From NCBI GenBank assembly GCA_905178155.1, contig CAJINV010000011.1, positions 2,590,485 to 2,654,484 on the forward strand: a stretch of DNA of 64,000 nucleotides, written 5' to 3'. The position numbers and the translations under genes were made by a program. Each line of letters starts with the position of its first letter. Position 1 is the first letter of the stretch. The stretch is from Amoebophrya sp. A120 (Eukaryota > Protista > Dinoflagellata). Below are positions 37,039 to 50,093 of this stretch, in pieces. The notes below the pieces were generated by a model. It was not told the DNA's origin and did not search any database. It was given only the letters and a program-made list of their open reading frames with translations.

Positions 37039-38522
37039 TCAGTTAAAATTTCCCTCCACCCCCTCGTCGTCCAGGGACGCAGCAGAAGCCTTGAATTCCA
37101 AGCCACCGATGTGCTGGAAGCAAACGCAGTCGGTCCGCCGGCAGGTCATTGGGAATGCGCTTCGGGGTAAGGCTTGCAGTGCCTGGAACTTTGCAGGGGT
37201 CGCGAAAAAGAAGGCCAGAATGCGGTTCACGTAGGTCGGCTGTGCCTCTTCCTGCCCAGGTTTTCGCAGTTCGATTACCGGGTGCCCCTCGTGGAAAGCC
37301 CCGTGCCAGATGCAGCAATCTGGAAAGTAAAGGAGATTCTTCAGAACCCGAGGTGGTAGGTAGATTGATGACATCGACATGAGCATCCATTCTAATAATT
37401 CGGATAGCATGACAGGAGCTTTCCATGATAGTGGACCATGTTCTTTTGTGCGGCTGTACCACGAGAGGTATAAAACAGTCTGCAGCCCCAACACAACTGA
37501 GGTGTCACACATAATCATCAAAAAAACTACTCATACCATCATCTAGAACTGGATCTGGGCTTCCGCGATCAATTTTCGAAGCAATCTGTTCGAGCAATGA
37601 GCGAATCATAGTCTGCGGCATCGAGTCCAGTGCGCGCTGCTCCACATACCTGACACGGAATTTAAACTTTATGGGGCGAAGTGAGTGTTCATATGTTTTG
37701 GTTTTAGTTCGACGATTGGATTGTAATTGCATGTAGAAAATACAAACCACACGTTGAATAGACGAATCTTGGCCGCACGTGCAACTTTCTGTAAATAGTA
37801 CGTTTCCCATTCGTCAACGGTTTTTTCGACCTCAGCGGGAAACTTTGGCGTCCACGGCACGTATTCCCGTTTGTTTGCTTTGCTAGAAGCGCTGTTCCCA
37901 AACCAGTAGCCGATGGGATCGGCGGCGCAAGCACGAACGTTACTGCATGCCATATTGGTGCTTTTTTCGACTTTTTTCTATCTGTTCGAACAAGGTAACG
38001 AAGCTTCAACTTTTGTCAAAACTGGCAGGGCGGGATGTTAATTAAAAGCGGGGGAATGCAAAACATGAACATCAACATTAGGTACTTTTACTGCTGCATT
38101 TCCATATTTCTCACGCGAAAAGAAGAAAAAAATTATCCTATCCCGATGGGCAAGAATAAACACCACATGCACATGGGAGAAATCAAAATCTATGGATTGG
38201 TGATCAAATGGCTCTGGCCACGGATACGCATCCTCGACCGAATGCGCGAGCGCGAGCGGATCATCCTCACGCAGAGCGATGACATCAACGATGCGATAAC
38301 GATTGATGGCGGTCCAGTTACAATCTTCTGCTATGTTTCTACACGACATAAACGATTCAGAGCGACGAAAATTGCAGTTTAGCTCGAATGGGAAAGACGA
38401 CGAACAAAATCACGATGGTAGTACTCACTGCATCTTCCATGAAGTTCAGATGGACCGAACACGAAGCGCTCGCGCTGTACATGCACAGGTTGTACCATGA
38501 TTGTTTTTCCTGGCGGCAGCAT
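37039..38522 (-). CDS. Multi-exon protein with C-terminal degenerate His-Me finger (homing-endonuclease zinc-binding-loop-like) domain
   Basis: CCIWHG...HPVI...YVNRILAFFF...MTCRRTDCVCFQHI. Upstream ORFs join via GT-AG introns, except one unresolved junction near 37945-38200. Start codon tentative. Confidence 0.5.
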
Positions 38523-38738
38523 GTCTACTCGACGGCCAGGGGAGCAGCAAAGAAGCTATATTTCTCATTTCGAATTCTTGCAGTTGGACATTGAGGTCGA
38601 ATAAGATGCAGCGGTTGATGCGTCAAGGAAATATCCATTCTCTGGTGGAGGTTCGCTTTTCCCGTACAGTATGTTTATTTACTATCAATTTCAATGTGTT
38701 GCAGTTACCCTTCGTAGTACACACCGACGGCCTTCTCA

Positions 38739-39570
38739 CTACCGTCTCTGTTGTACCGAAGAAGAAGTGAAACCTCCTCCGATATTGGCTGTCGGTCGCA
38801 GCAACGATGAGCCACCGGAAGCCGCAGCTCCCCCTGAAGGCGCAAGCAACCCGGCTCCTAGGCCCGTCGTTCCTGTACTGGAGGCAGCAGCGAGGTTATT
38901 TCCGCCGCTCAGGAGTGTTGCTGCACTTGTCGTCGTGCCGGCAAAGTGCCGCGCGGCAGACCCGCCTCTCCCCGCTCCGCCCAAAAGGTGCGCGCCGCCG
39001 TGGCCCGACGCCGCTGCGCCGGCTGCTCCTCCGCCTGTTCGGGCTTTAATTTCCTCGTCCAGCCGGGCGCCCTCAGACCGCAGTTGCGTTACCACCTCGG
39101 CCAGCGCGGTGGGGTTTACGCCAAGCTGGCACAGGTCGTGCAGGATCTCAAGCGTCTCGGGGTTATGGACGCGAAATACACGTGCCAGAAGTTCTTGTGA
39201 ATTTGTTGATTGAGGAGTTGTATCACATGCAAAAATTATGTTGAAAGCGGGTGGCGCTGGCGGTCTCGTTCCCCTGCATCGTGCGTACAGAAAGCCTCTT
39301 GCATTTTGATTTTACTTATCATGCTGAACTGAAGAGACTGACGCTGACAGACTCGTCGCCGGCTTCGCTGCTCGAGCCACAGCAGGCTCTCTGTGCTGTG
39401 ATGACGTGTTCGTGTTCTCGGTTGTTGAAGAAAGCAATAAAAATTCACGTTTGCTGGCACATAGGATTGCCGAGATACCGGTCCAGCCCCGTGTTGAGAA
39501 GGCAAGACAGCTCGAAGAGTAAATCAAGCGGGTTCTCCTGAAACTCATCCGGATCGTCGATCGAAACCAT
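38739..39570 (-). CDS. MZT1: MOZART1/GIP1 (gamma-tubulin complex subunit) with Gly/Ala/Ser-rich tail; exons 39570-39478 and 39158-38739
   Basis: LDLLFELSCLLNTGLDR|ETLEILHDLCQLGVNPTALAEVVTQLR matches the MZT1 signature LLNTGLDxETL...GVNPxAL. It is readable only after removing a 319-nt non-canonical intron. Confidence 0.85.
39164..39477. mobile_element. Degenerate introner-type intron in MZT1
   Basis: TAT...GTGCCAG...GTGAATTT at both ends in inverted orientation. Degenerate TSD GGGGT/CCGGT. No AG at the required acceptor position. Confidence 0.75.
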
Positions 39571-40472
39571 TTTGGATACTGAGTGTCACTCTATCTCAGT
39601 AGAATCTAGCGATGTATTGGTAGAATTCTCCCCGGAGAAAAATGAAAACTAAAAACGTGCAAGTGGCTCGATATTGTGCCATAAGCTTATCAAAATCAAC
39701 GGCTACTCTGCTGATAGATACTAACTTCTAGAAGAAGCGTTTATAGAAATCAACAACGAGGAAACCATCAATATTTTAGCCGAAGCAATCACATGCGTGC
39801 TTCTGGGGTCAAACGCAAAACTAGCGGTGCCGCGGAAACAGCAGGTGATGATGACTCGATCGGAAACATTTTCATGTTGGAACCGGGACACGCTGTTCGC
39901 AAAATTTGTGCTACCTAACGAAGACGAAGAACAATGTATTCGAGACAGGTGATCAACACCTCTGCTCTTCGTACACACGTGCGAAAGAATTATCATTGAA
40001 AACATCACGATAACCATTGCTACGGCAGCAAGTAGACGCGTGCACTTGCGCCGCCAGTGCCTAGCGTAGCCGACCGTGGCCCAATGCGATCTTTAGTGGC
40101 GCGCAAGCACTGTGCCTTCAACTTCGAGCTCAGCTAAATGTTTCTTTAAGTATATTTGATGTTGTTCCCAGCCCGAGGTCGATAAGAAATCGAGACAACT
40201 ACGACCAATCAATGCGATCGGTTGCAGATGTCAAAAACGACATCAAGAATCACACGACTACTTATCTAATCTTAGTGAAACACAGGAGACATATATTCAT
40301 TGTGTCGTCGACGAAAGGTAATCAAAGCCTTCCCATAACAATTTCCTCTCCTTCCAAAAGACTCGTCTTCTTTTTTCGGGTCGAGAATAAAAAAAAAGTA
40401 AATGCTGTCGTGCAACGTCGTCGCAAGACGTAAGCGTCGCAAGAGTGCTCGTCAGGAGGAACGTCCAAAATG

Positions 40473-42768
40473 TCATTCGGCCTCATCGCCGTCGTCCTCG
40501 TCACTCCCCTGTTCGTCGGAAGAATCGTCCACGGAACTGGTAGATACCTCACTTTCCGAGTCGAAGACGTTTGCGTCATCCTCCTCGACACTCCAGAGCA
40601 ATTCGTGGGCCTTCTCTATCAGTTCGTCCGTGGCTTTTCCGAATTCGTCCAGAACGTCCTGCAAGCTCGAGGCATAATGGGAAAAACCCGCTTTCTGCAT
40701 AGACGTCGCTATGAGGTCCACCCACTCCTTTGCATTTTCCCGCGGCGGGTCGCATTCCCCACGGAATGTCTCAAAAGCGTCCTGTCCGGCAGCTTCGCCC
40801 TGCCGTTTTGGGTTTATTTTCACTGTGGTCCCTGTTCAACGCACACCATGCACATCACGATAGCAAAACTTGTAGAAAAAGGATGTCCGAAACCAAGTCT
40901 AAGAAAGTATAAACAAACGAAAAAGATAAAGAGCATGAAGCTATTCGTGAAAATGTCAGAGAAGCCGAAAGCTAAGTAAACCGATGGCGATCATCATCTT
41001 TCATGTCAGATATGAGAAGTACCGCAATATCGAGTTGCAGCTGAGAAACCACTGCGAACAAATCTCTTCGGAGATTCCGTCGCATCGCCTTCCGAAGCTT
41101 GCGCCAGACGCCCTTGTGCCTGCAGTTTTCGAGCGCCAGGAGCAGCATCTCCAAGTCGCGCGCGTTTTTTCGTTGCTCCATGACCGGTTCGGAAAAATCG
41201 GGGAAAAATTGGGGACCGCCGTCGATGTCCAGGTCCTCAGTGAAAACACGACTGCTTACGGAAACCAGAAGAGCGATGCGCTCGGACTTGGTTCGTGTTT
41301 TCAGATGCGCCTGCCTCTGCAAATACGCGAGCTGCTTCGGATAGAATTTTTCGCCACGCCCTCCTCCACTTTGCTCTGGAGCGAAGCTATCCACGATGTT
41401 GGCCAACAAATCGCTCAGCGCATGAACATTGTTTCCGCCCGACATTCCGGTAAACATGAGGGCCGCGAGCGCACGGCCGGCATAGTCATGCCGGAACGTA
41501 GTTGTCGTTGTCGCGAGGGCGCCCGCGGATTGTGATGCGTCTTTGCGTTTCTCCTTGTCGCGCCAGCCGTGCAGTTTCCACTCGGTGTCAGACATGGACA
41601 AAACTGCACAAACAACGTGCAAATGGAGCCGTAGATTGTCCGGATCCGAGGCACGTTCGCGGCGGGAGAGCGGCAACAGATCCTTCACGTTGTCACTCCG
41701 GGCGGGTCGCTTCGGTCGTCCGTCAGAAGCATCCTCCTTGCGGTCTTTCAGGTAGGCTTGATCGTACAGCCACGCCTCCGCGTCGGCTTTTGTGTTCCAG
41801 ACGGGCAGCCCGCTCTCGTCGTCTACCTCGACCTGGCCGGGGCCTTGCACAACAAACCGGTACACCACCGCGCCGCCGTAAACCAGCTCTTCCTTCGCTG
41901 ACTCGACCAGCGTTTCCGGTGTCTCGTCTTCACTATCTGCTTCCGAAGCAGGACGAGAATGAGTACTGCCATCGAACTCCGGTTCGTCGTCCGTGTTCTT
42001 GGTCCGTGCTTCCTCGAAGAACAACGAGTCCTCGGAACGCCGTCTGCTTGACCTCCCTCCCGACAAATCGCAGCTCGCCCTTTTGTTAGGTTGGGTTCTT
42101 GCCGGAGTTGGCGCGGGCAGAGAAGTAACTGGCCCTTCTGCGGCTATATTAAAACTGCCGTCGTCCTTTGACTTTGTGGTCCCGGTGTTGTTCTTGGAAA
42201 GATTCGAGCTAGAAGGAAAGGTTCCGCGTAAATCTTCCCCGAAACGAGGTGCCCCGTTGGCCGGCACCACGTCTTCGTTCGTTTCTGTAGTGGAGCTAGC
42301 CACGTCCTTCTTCCCCGCACCGGAGGTTGTAGTAGTTATTTTGGCTGTGCCTGCAGTGGCGTCCAAGAAGTTCTTCGGCAACCGCCGCATCCACCGAATC
42401 TTGCTTGGCGGCGGCACGAGCTCCCTCTCGGCGTCGTAGAAGACCTTGATGAAACGGTCGTAGACCTGCTTTTTGGTCAAATCTGCGATCACCCTTACCT
42501 TCGCAGGGTCGATTCCGGTGAGCTTTGTTTCCAATCCCGCGGCATTGCGAATGATCAAAAACGGTTCGATTGCGTTATTGGTGGACGCCCCAGGAAACGC
42601 TGCACTCCTTCCATCGTTGGAAGATGAGGAGCATTTTTGCGTCCCTGTTGCGGTCTTGCGGGAAGCGCCGTCTGCGGACGTCTGCGGATGGAGATGTGGT
42701 TGTCCCGGCGGCGCAGTTTTACTAGCAACCGCACTAGCGGTTGCGGGTGCAGCCACTCCGGACGACAT
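40473..42768 (-). CDS. Unknown tandem gene family, paralogue A
   Basis: Family motifs PPPSKIRWMR, YRFVV..P, AEAWLYD, LLPL.R, EWKLHGW, TFRHDY. Acidic last exon 40473-~40830; splice sites not resolved. Confidence 0.7.
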
Positions 42769-43131
42769 CTTCTTTTTTCAGAAGTTTTCTTCCAAGCCAC
42801 ACCAACAAAAGACTAGTACTATTCTTTTCCGCTTTATTGGGAAGAGAGGCACGCTAAACTCGTACCTGGTTTGGTCAGCTTCAACAGAGCTCAGATGCTG
42901 CGCCAACGCTTCATCTTCTCTGTTTGCGTCATTTATATTCTAGCTTTACAGCTGCAAGCCTCATCACAGGTAGAGCGAGATGAAGGATGGCGATGTCCTC
43001 GACTCCTCTGATCACAAGAACTCCAGTTGCTAGAAGTGGAATATCTCCTCTTCTTCTTGAACAGCAACTCAACCTCAAGACAACACGTTTTTGTTTGCCT
43101 TCGGAAAGACGCTCCTTCTCTTTTTTCAGGC

Positions 43132-43326
43132 CTAAGCGACGAAAGAGCCGCGCGGCGATCTTGCCGAACACAAACGCACTCCCGGAGCAAGTGACACGTC
43201 GTCGAAAGTGTGCGAACCGTTATCGTCATGCGCGTCGCCAGAAATACAACGAAGCGACGTGCCTTGTTATCTTCAAAAAAACGGAGACGGAGACGGAGAC
43301 AAGCGGCGGCAGGGAAGTGCGCCGAC
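43132..43326. repeat. Diverged ~200-bp direct repeat; second copy at ~44630-44815
   Basis: Shared blocks GATCTTGC..CCGAACAC, TCGTCGAA, CGCGTCGCCAGAA, TTCAAAAAAA, GAAGTGCGCCG in the same order. Confidence 0.65.
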
Positions 43327-46300
43327 GAACGACACAATGGGCCCAAGGGAACACATCCGGGCCATCGAGCGAGGGCCACAACATTGGCAGCGCGCTCACA
43401 GAAGAGAGTCCTTCCAGACATCTATCTTCGACTACGGAGGACGGAGCGCTGCGCAAGAAGCGCGGCGGCGGGCGCGCGCCTTCTCCCCTCGCCCGATTGC
43501 TCGCAGCCCTCCCCCGGGCCGCCTGGAGGGCTCAGGCGGGCGCTGCTGCCCCTCCGCCGTGAGACGACGAAAAACGGCAACAGGGGAGCGCGCCGGCACG
43601 CGGGCGCCAAGCGGGCGCGCGCCATCTCCCCCCGGACGCGCAGCCGCGCGCGGCCCTTTCTTACAAAATCTATCGCGCGGCCGCCGTTTGTCACTTTCAT
43701 TAGCATACCTTCTCCCGCACGCGGCGCGACACGGAATCAAAAAGATCTGCCTCTGAGGGGGGCGAACAAACTGCACTCCGGAGGCGGCAACATGTTCACC
43801 CTGAGGCAGCTCCAAGCTAGCACCGTTAGCTTGGCGCTGCCTCAACAGGGGCAGACCTTTCCTGAAGGCCAGGCTTGTCAGCCATGTTCCTGACCTTGCT
43901 AGCTTGCAAAGTAACAGGTTACTTCCGACGGCACCGCCAACATGATTGCAGTTTCCTTGCAGATCGTGTAACTGTTCCGCGATATTCAACTTCGTGGGCC
44001 GTAGCAAACCCTTCTTCCGCATAGGCTCTACACTGATTTTCGGAGGGGAAGCTCTACACTGATTTTCGGCTCGGGCCTGGCCATGATTTTTCTGAACATG
44101 CTCAGCCTGTTCTTCTCGCACAACTATACCGCATTTCGCTCAGAATTTGAGATGCTGATACCATGCGCCGCTTCTCAACTCGCTTGAGCTACTGAAAGAG
44201 GGACAGAGAGGCTTTTCGGCTCGACCCACCACATTCAAACTCAATGAAAAGAGATGTGGCTTGTGAGAAGCCGAAAGAACAAAGTCCTCCGGAAACAGCT
44301 GGAATCTCTCGTGTAAGACACCCAGTTTCTTTTTCCCTCCACCTCCAACTCTGTCTTTCAGACATGTTCATTGTTCTTATTCCCAACCCGCTCTCATGGG
44401 CTCCAGAATTAAAGACTTTTATTTTCATCTTACCCAGGCCGCCAGCTCGAGGACAACTTAACGGAGACAACGCCGAGTACGATCGATTTCCATAAAAAAC
44501 CGAATCACTTATTCAAACTCTCAAGACATTCGAATTTGTCGGAGCCAGGTTCAAGAAGATAACAGCACCACTACACGACGACGTGCTTTTTTTCTACCTG
44601 CGGAAAGACTCTCCTTCCTTTTTCAAATCTAGCGAAGTGAAGAACGCACGCTGATCTTGCTTCCCGAACACGAACCAACACACTCGCGAAACAAGTCGCG
44701 CATCGTCGAAGGCGTGCTAATGCTCATACGCGTCGCCAGAAGAATACCGAAGCGCCGCGCCTGATATTCAAAAAAAGGAGCTGCGGCGAAAAACGGCAGC
44801 AGAGAAGTGCGCCGGCCTGCGAAACGGGCGGCAAGCGGGCCGGCGCGCGTCTTTTCCCAGCGCCCAGCCCTTGCCAAATTGCATGGCCGCCGGATGCCAA
44901 ATTGCATGAATGCAGGCGCGCCGCTGCGCTGCCTCTTCCGCAGTTTGTGGCGCTATGGCGATGACTGCACGGAGTGCGCGCGCATGGGCGACGAGGCCCG
45001 GCGCGCGTGGGCCCGGCGCGCATGGGCGGCCTCATATTCGCGCATGTGCGTGGGCCCGCCTCATATTCGTGCCGTGCATGTGCTGCGTTGCTGGTCTGAC
45101 GTAGCTCCTTTCTGTCCCAGTTGGCAATCGGTAGCTGGGGCTGGCGGCTCGTAGGATTCTACCCTCCGCGTTGATGTTGACTGCTCATCGAGCCGGGTTG
45201 TTTCAGAGTCTTCTGCCGCGCAGACAGGAATATGAGGCCCGGCGGGCCCACGCGTGGCGATGAGGCAGGCCCGGCGCGCGGCTGGCGGCGCTGCTTTTTG
45301 CGGGATTGGATACCGCAACACCACCGGGCGGCAAAACCCTCCGAGCTGCCGCGCTGGCCCGAGCTCGTAGGGACTCGAACACGGGCGCAGCGCGCTCCTC
45401 CGTCGTCGGGCCGTCGCCATCACCTGCGCCGATTCTGGTGCGGCGACCGCGACCCGAGAGGCTACACGATCGCGGTCCTGCTTGGGCGCATGGCGTCTGT
45501 AACGGCATGGCCCGCGAAAGTCGGGCACTGTCCAGCTTTTGTAGGCATTGACGCAGCCGAGTTTCATGCACGTCAACCCGCCGTCGAAGTGCGTGGGGTA
45601 ATTCAACAACTTGCGTACCCGACCTGGTGCATCAGAATCACAGTCGTAGAGCTTGACCCCGCAAAGAGCGCATGTGGGAAGTACAAACGTTCGTCCGCCG
45701 CCCGCTTCTTGTGTATCAGTCTCACTCTTATCCTATAAGTATCAGAGGTGTCGCGGTCTCAACATCATTCTCCTCAATATCGTCTCTAAGCCATAGTACG
45801 TGTGTAAAGCATCTCACTCGACGACTAATATAGCAGTAGTCACGCCAACATGCTCTTGCAATTCCTTTATGACGGTGACCGACCACGCGAAAATTTACTC
45901 CGGTTAGACCTCTATAAATTGCGGGGCTCAAGGTGAAGCAATCCACTTGCAATGCTGGAACTAGTTTCGGTGTCAGCCAACCTCCTCTCGGAATCTCGTT
46001 TCCTCGACGAAACTAGAAGAACTGTGCGTGTCCAAACACGAAAATATACCGAGGTGTATGAGAGTGTCCAAAATTTGCACTAGCGAAGTGTTCTTTAAAA
46101 TTGACTGAACCTCCACTGGGGTCAACGCCACATAATACCCACACAAACATTTTCAAATTATGTGTTGTCGCTTTTGACAGTGGTGCGTCTGATTTATCAT
46201 TATCTGCTCAAAGTGAAATCTTAATTAATTATTCGCTTCAGTCGATAGTCCGTGCCACTGCTACTTAGCACAAATGAAATATTATGTCCTGCAGCTACAC

Positions 46301-46381
46301 ACATTTCTGAGCCCTCGTCCTAGCTCGGTGAAGCCATTTCCCAGTTCGACGAAGCGTTGCTATCCCATAACAGTTTCAGAC

Positions 46382-48648
46382 TCAAAACAAACTACTCAGC
46401 GGCAACGGGCTAAAGTAGTCACTGGTGTCGTCAGCCTCATCGCCTGCGGCTGCGACCTGGCCGTCATCGTCACTGTCGTCCGAGTCGCTGACCGCCTCGT
46501 CCTCTTCATCGACGCCCCAAACCAAATGGTTCGTATACTCTTTCAGCTTCTCGCTTGCTTTGCGAAAGTCGCTCACGGTCCCTCGTAACGTTTCAACACG
46601 ATCATCCGACAAGTTCAGCTCGGGGTGCGTGTCGGTCATACACTTGGCAAAAACATTCACCCACTGCGATTCTATGAAAACGAAATTCGGGACAACCTCG
46701 CATCCGTTTATAATTTGTTTTTGTGTGTGGAATTATATATTGCTGGCGACTTCTTTGACGTATATCGTCCACCTGCGGCTGCACCTGCTGCTACGACACT
46801 TTCACAATAGGCAGACCACGTCCTGTGGCGACCAGGCTGCTCCTTGAAGACAAGAGATCCGAATGCACAAGGGCAAGCTCATGCCAGCTAAACAAGGCGC
46901 AACGCATAGAAGATGTGAGGTGGACCTAGTCAAGGCCAAGAGTTGCCTTTTTGATAGAGATGTGGTCAGCGACTTGCTCGCAATATTTTGCAAAATCGTC
47001 TCCGTTGCCTCGGTTCTCTGCAGCATGATCCTGGTTGTTCGTGAAGGATTTCTACTGGAATTTGATCTCTTTATCCTATCAAATTGAAAAGCTAAACCCC
47101 GAATGACATCAACCACATCGAAGCATATAAAAGCAAGCGCGTATGTGTGCGCCATGGTACCACGTAAATGCAGCGGCCGGCCAGAAAGTTGCGAAAGGAC
47201 TTCTTCACGTGGTGCTCAATCGCCTTATAGAGCTTGTCCCCGACGCGTTTGCATTTCTTCACGCTTGCAGCGTTGTTTCCAGCCCACGCGTCCAGTGCTT
47301 TGGAGATCTGCTGGACGCACCCTTTTGTGTAGGGGTGCGGCCGTGGGTCGTGGTTCCATTGCGCTTGATGTTCACTCCAACTATCGGCCAAGTCCGGCAG
47401 AAGTTCGAGGAGGTGCTGAAAATTTACGTGCTCCCACTTTTCGATTAGAGACAGCGCCAGGCCCACCACCTTTTCCGCAACCTCGTTTTGGTGCGGCTCG
47501 AAATCCTCCTCCGCAGAGGGAGGACACTTGCCAACCAAGCCTCGCACCACTCTTACTGCGTACGCCTGTCGATAACTTGTAGGCGGTGTCGGCGATGTGC
47601 GAACCTTGGTACCCTTCTTCGACACCTGCAAAATCTTGGGCGGTGGGTCGTTCCATCCGTGCTTCTCCCACTCTGCTTCCGGCAGACGGAGCACAGCGCT
47701 GAGGAGTCGCCACTTGAGGAAAAACCAGTCGCATTGTCCCTCATCTAACGGCGAAAACGTCCGTTTCAGAGGAATGACCGTTGCAATGCACTCCTGTAGC
47801 TGCTCCCTGTCATCGTCCTCCATTTCCGGATACTCCTCGATTTTGTATTTGCGATCGTACAACCACGTTTCAGCAGCTTCATCAGACGTTTGCACGAGTT
47901 CGTGCTTCTCAGGTGGACCAGTTACGATGAATTGGTAAACAGGGAGGTCTGCTTCCGGTGGAGGATGCGGTAGTATTTCGCCCTCTCGTGAAGATGGGCC
48001 GGCGTCGGCTTTCTTGCCCGGACACGCGGCCGCCACGACGAGTACTTCCAGGGGTTCCTGATCACTGTCGACCGGAACTTGCCTGCCTGATGCCACAGAT
48101 GAAACCTCAGAAGCCAAACCATCGACATCATCCACCAGATCACTCTGGCTTGCCTGCGCGGGAGCTTTTTCGTTGCTATCTCGGCCATCATTTGCTGCAG
48201 CTGCATATCCTTCCTTTTCTTGCCCGCCGTGGGACGTCAGCGACACACATGGGGCCCCCACACCTGCATCCGTACGCGTCTCCCCGTCGCCGACCGTCTG
48301 CTCTGGCGCACTCGTCTCCTCCTCGCGTTTGTCACTTTGCACCGCCGTCTCTTGTTTCAACCATCGAATGCGGTGCCGCGGTGGCATAAGTTTGTTTTCG
48401 AAAAACGGCCCGAGGTAATCACGATGCAGGATCGCCACTGGCGGTGGAGCGTCATCTGCCTCGAGAGGAACAGTTATTCTGCGTTCCTTCCCACTGACGT
48501 CGGTAATGATCAGGGCTCCCACGTTCTCTTGCTGGAGAGGAGAGGGACCAGCATCAGTTGCCGCGTCCTCGCAAAGAATGGCAGCATTTTGTCTTTCGGC
48601 AGTATTCTGCGGACCAGCGGAGCTGGAGCTGGAGGAGGCGGACGACAT
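46382..48648 (-). CDS. Unknown tandem gene family, paralogue B
   Basis: PPRHRIRWLK, YQFIVTGP, AETWLYD, IPLKR, EWEKHGW, SYRQAY. Acidic last exon LVWGVDEEDEA parallels paralogue A LLWSVEEDDA. Confidence 0.7.
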
Positions 48649-48913
48649 GATGACTTGAATTTTATCAACTTCGTGCTGTACTTTTGCTCTTGAGGCACAA
48701 TCGAAACAAGGAAAAGAGGAGCAGGTTTTTTGGTTCGCAGGAAATAGTTAACTGAGTAAAGACAGAAAATGCGGAGGACTTGAGCGGTTGGGTGAACCGA
48801 CAACAATCACGGAAATTTTCTACTTTCATTATGCCGCTTTGTAGTTTCCTTTACCTTATCATACCGATGGACACATTAACATGGTGGAAAGAACAACGAT
48901 ATTTGTTGTGGAG

Positions 48914-48973
48914 ACTCTGCTGCTGGTGGCTTCCAAAGGCATCAACACTCTGCTGCTGGTGGCTTCCAAAGGC
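48914..48973. repeat. Two-copy tandem repeat, 33-bp period
   Basis: ACTCTGCTGCTGGTGGCTTCCAAAGGC occurs twice. Confidence 0.8.
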
Positions 48974-50093
48974 GGAAGCACTTTCTCGCCCACCGGCAGG
49001 AGCAGAATCAATACTTCGGAAAACAACGATCGAAAGAACTTCTTCTTCGTCATTTTGGAATTCGAAATCGAAACCGAAATTCTACGATACAGTGCGTGTG
49101 TAGTCGCGACTTTTGTATATTACGGCAAAGATAAAGTTCTCTTGAGCATTTTCTCCGTCATGAATTCATTCATCTGATTCCAGATCTTATCGTGCTTTCT
49201 CACCAGTTCATTTTCATGAGCGCTGCTACTTTTCGTTCCAGTGGATCCGTAGAAAAGCCACTGTTCTCCGCCTCCCCCTCGCTTTCGTCCACATCAGCAC
49301 TACCGGATGAAACATCTTCACTTTCGTCGTCAGCTGCGCCACCACTCTTCTCCTCCTCATCAGATGTTCCGGGCAGTGCGGTTGGACTCTGCTGATCGAC
49401 CGCAGGACGGAAATCTTCCAAGCAAAGCAGCCAGTTCGTGGCGTGCTTCACGAGGTCTTGGGTGCGCTTGTGAAATGTGTTGATCACTTGCACAACCTCA
49501 GCAGTGTATTCCGGGAAACCCACGGCTGTCATCTTGTCTGTAAAAAGGGTAACGATCGGAATACACCCGCGGAGAAGCTCTTTACATTTCTCCTGAAACA
49601 GGTGCACGCCTTCGACGGATTCGCGACCCTGAATATTGAAATGGAATTGGTCACAATTTTGCAAAAAGAATGCATCGTCGCGCATGATGTTGTCGCCCTT
49701 TGGATTCATCATTCTCGTTCACAATTGAAAACAACGAGAAAGAAAAGCTGGTGATGATATTTGAACTCCATCTCGCTGGAGAAGTGCCGCAAAATAAGTT
49801 GTGAAAAGTTCTTCTGTTCATCTTCATTTTTCATCTCTGCGATATACTTCATTGGTGTACGAATTATACCGGCGTGAGCTCGATTCGCATTTCCTGTTCT
49901 GGTCTCTTTTCGGACAAGAACTCCACCAGTTTCTTCTTGAGTACATCGGCAATGCAGCGCCACGCCCGCTGGTTGTCGCCGATGCACTCGAAAAAGCACC
50001 CGAACGGCGCGAGAACGAACGGGTTGTCCAAGTCCGCCTGTAAGCCATCTGCCACGTTCATCGGGTCGTCGAACCGCAAAAAGTAAAACAACG

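Noticed and set aside
37945-38210. Possible tenth introner (CACCAAT direct repeat, weak inverted T/A tracts)
   Set aside because: Removal at the direct repeat gives a stop codon and the alternative gives the wrong frame; junction left unresolved.
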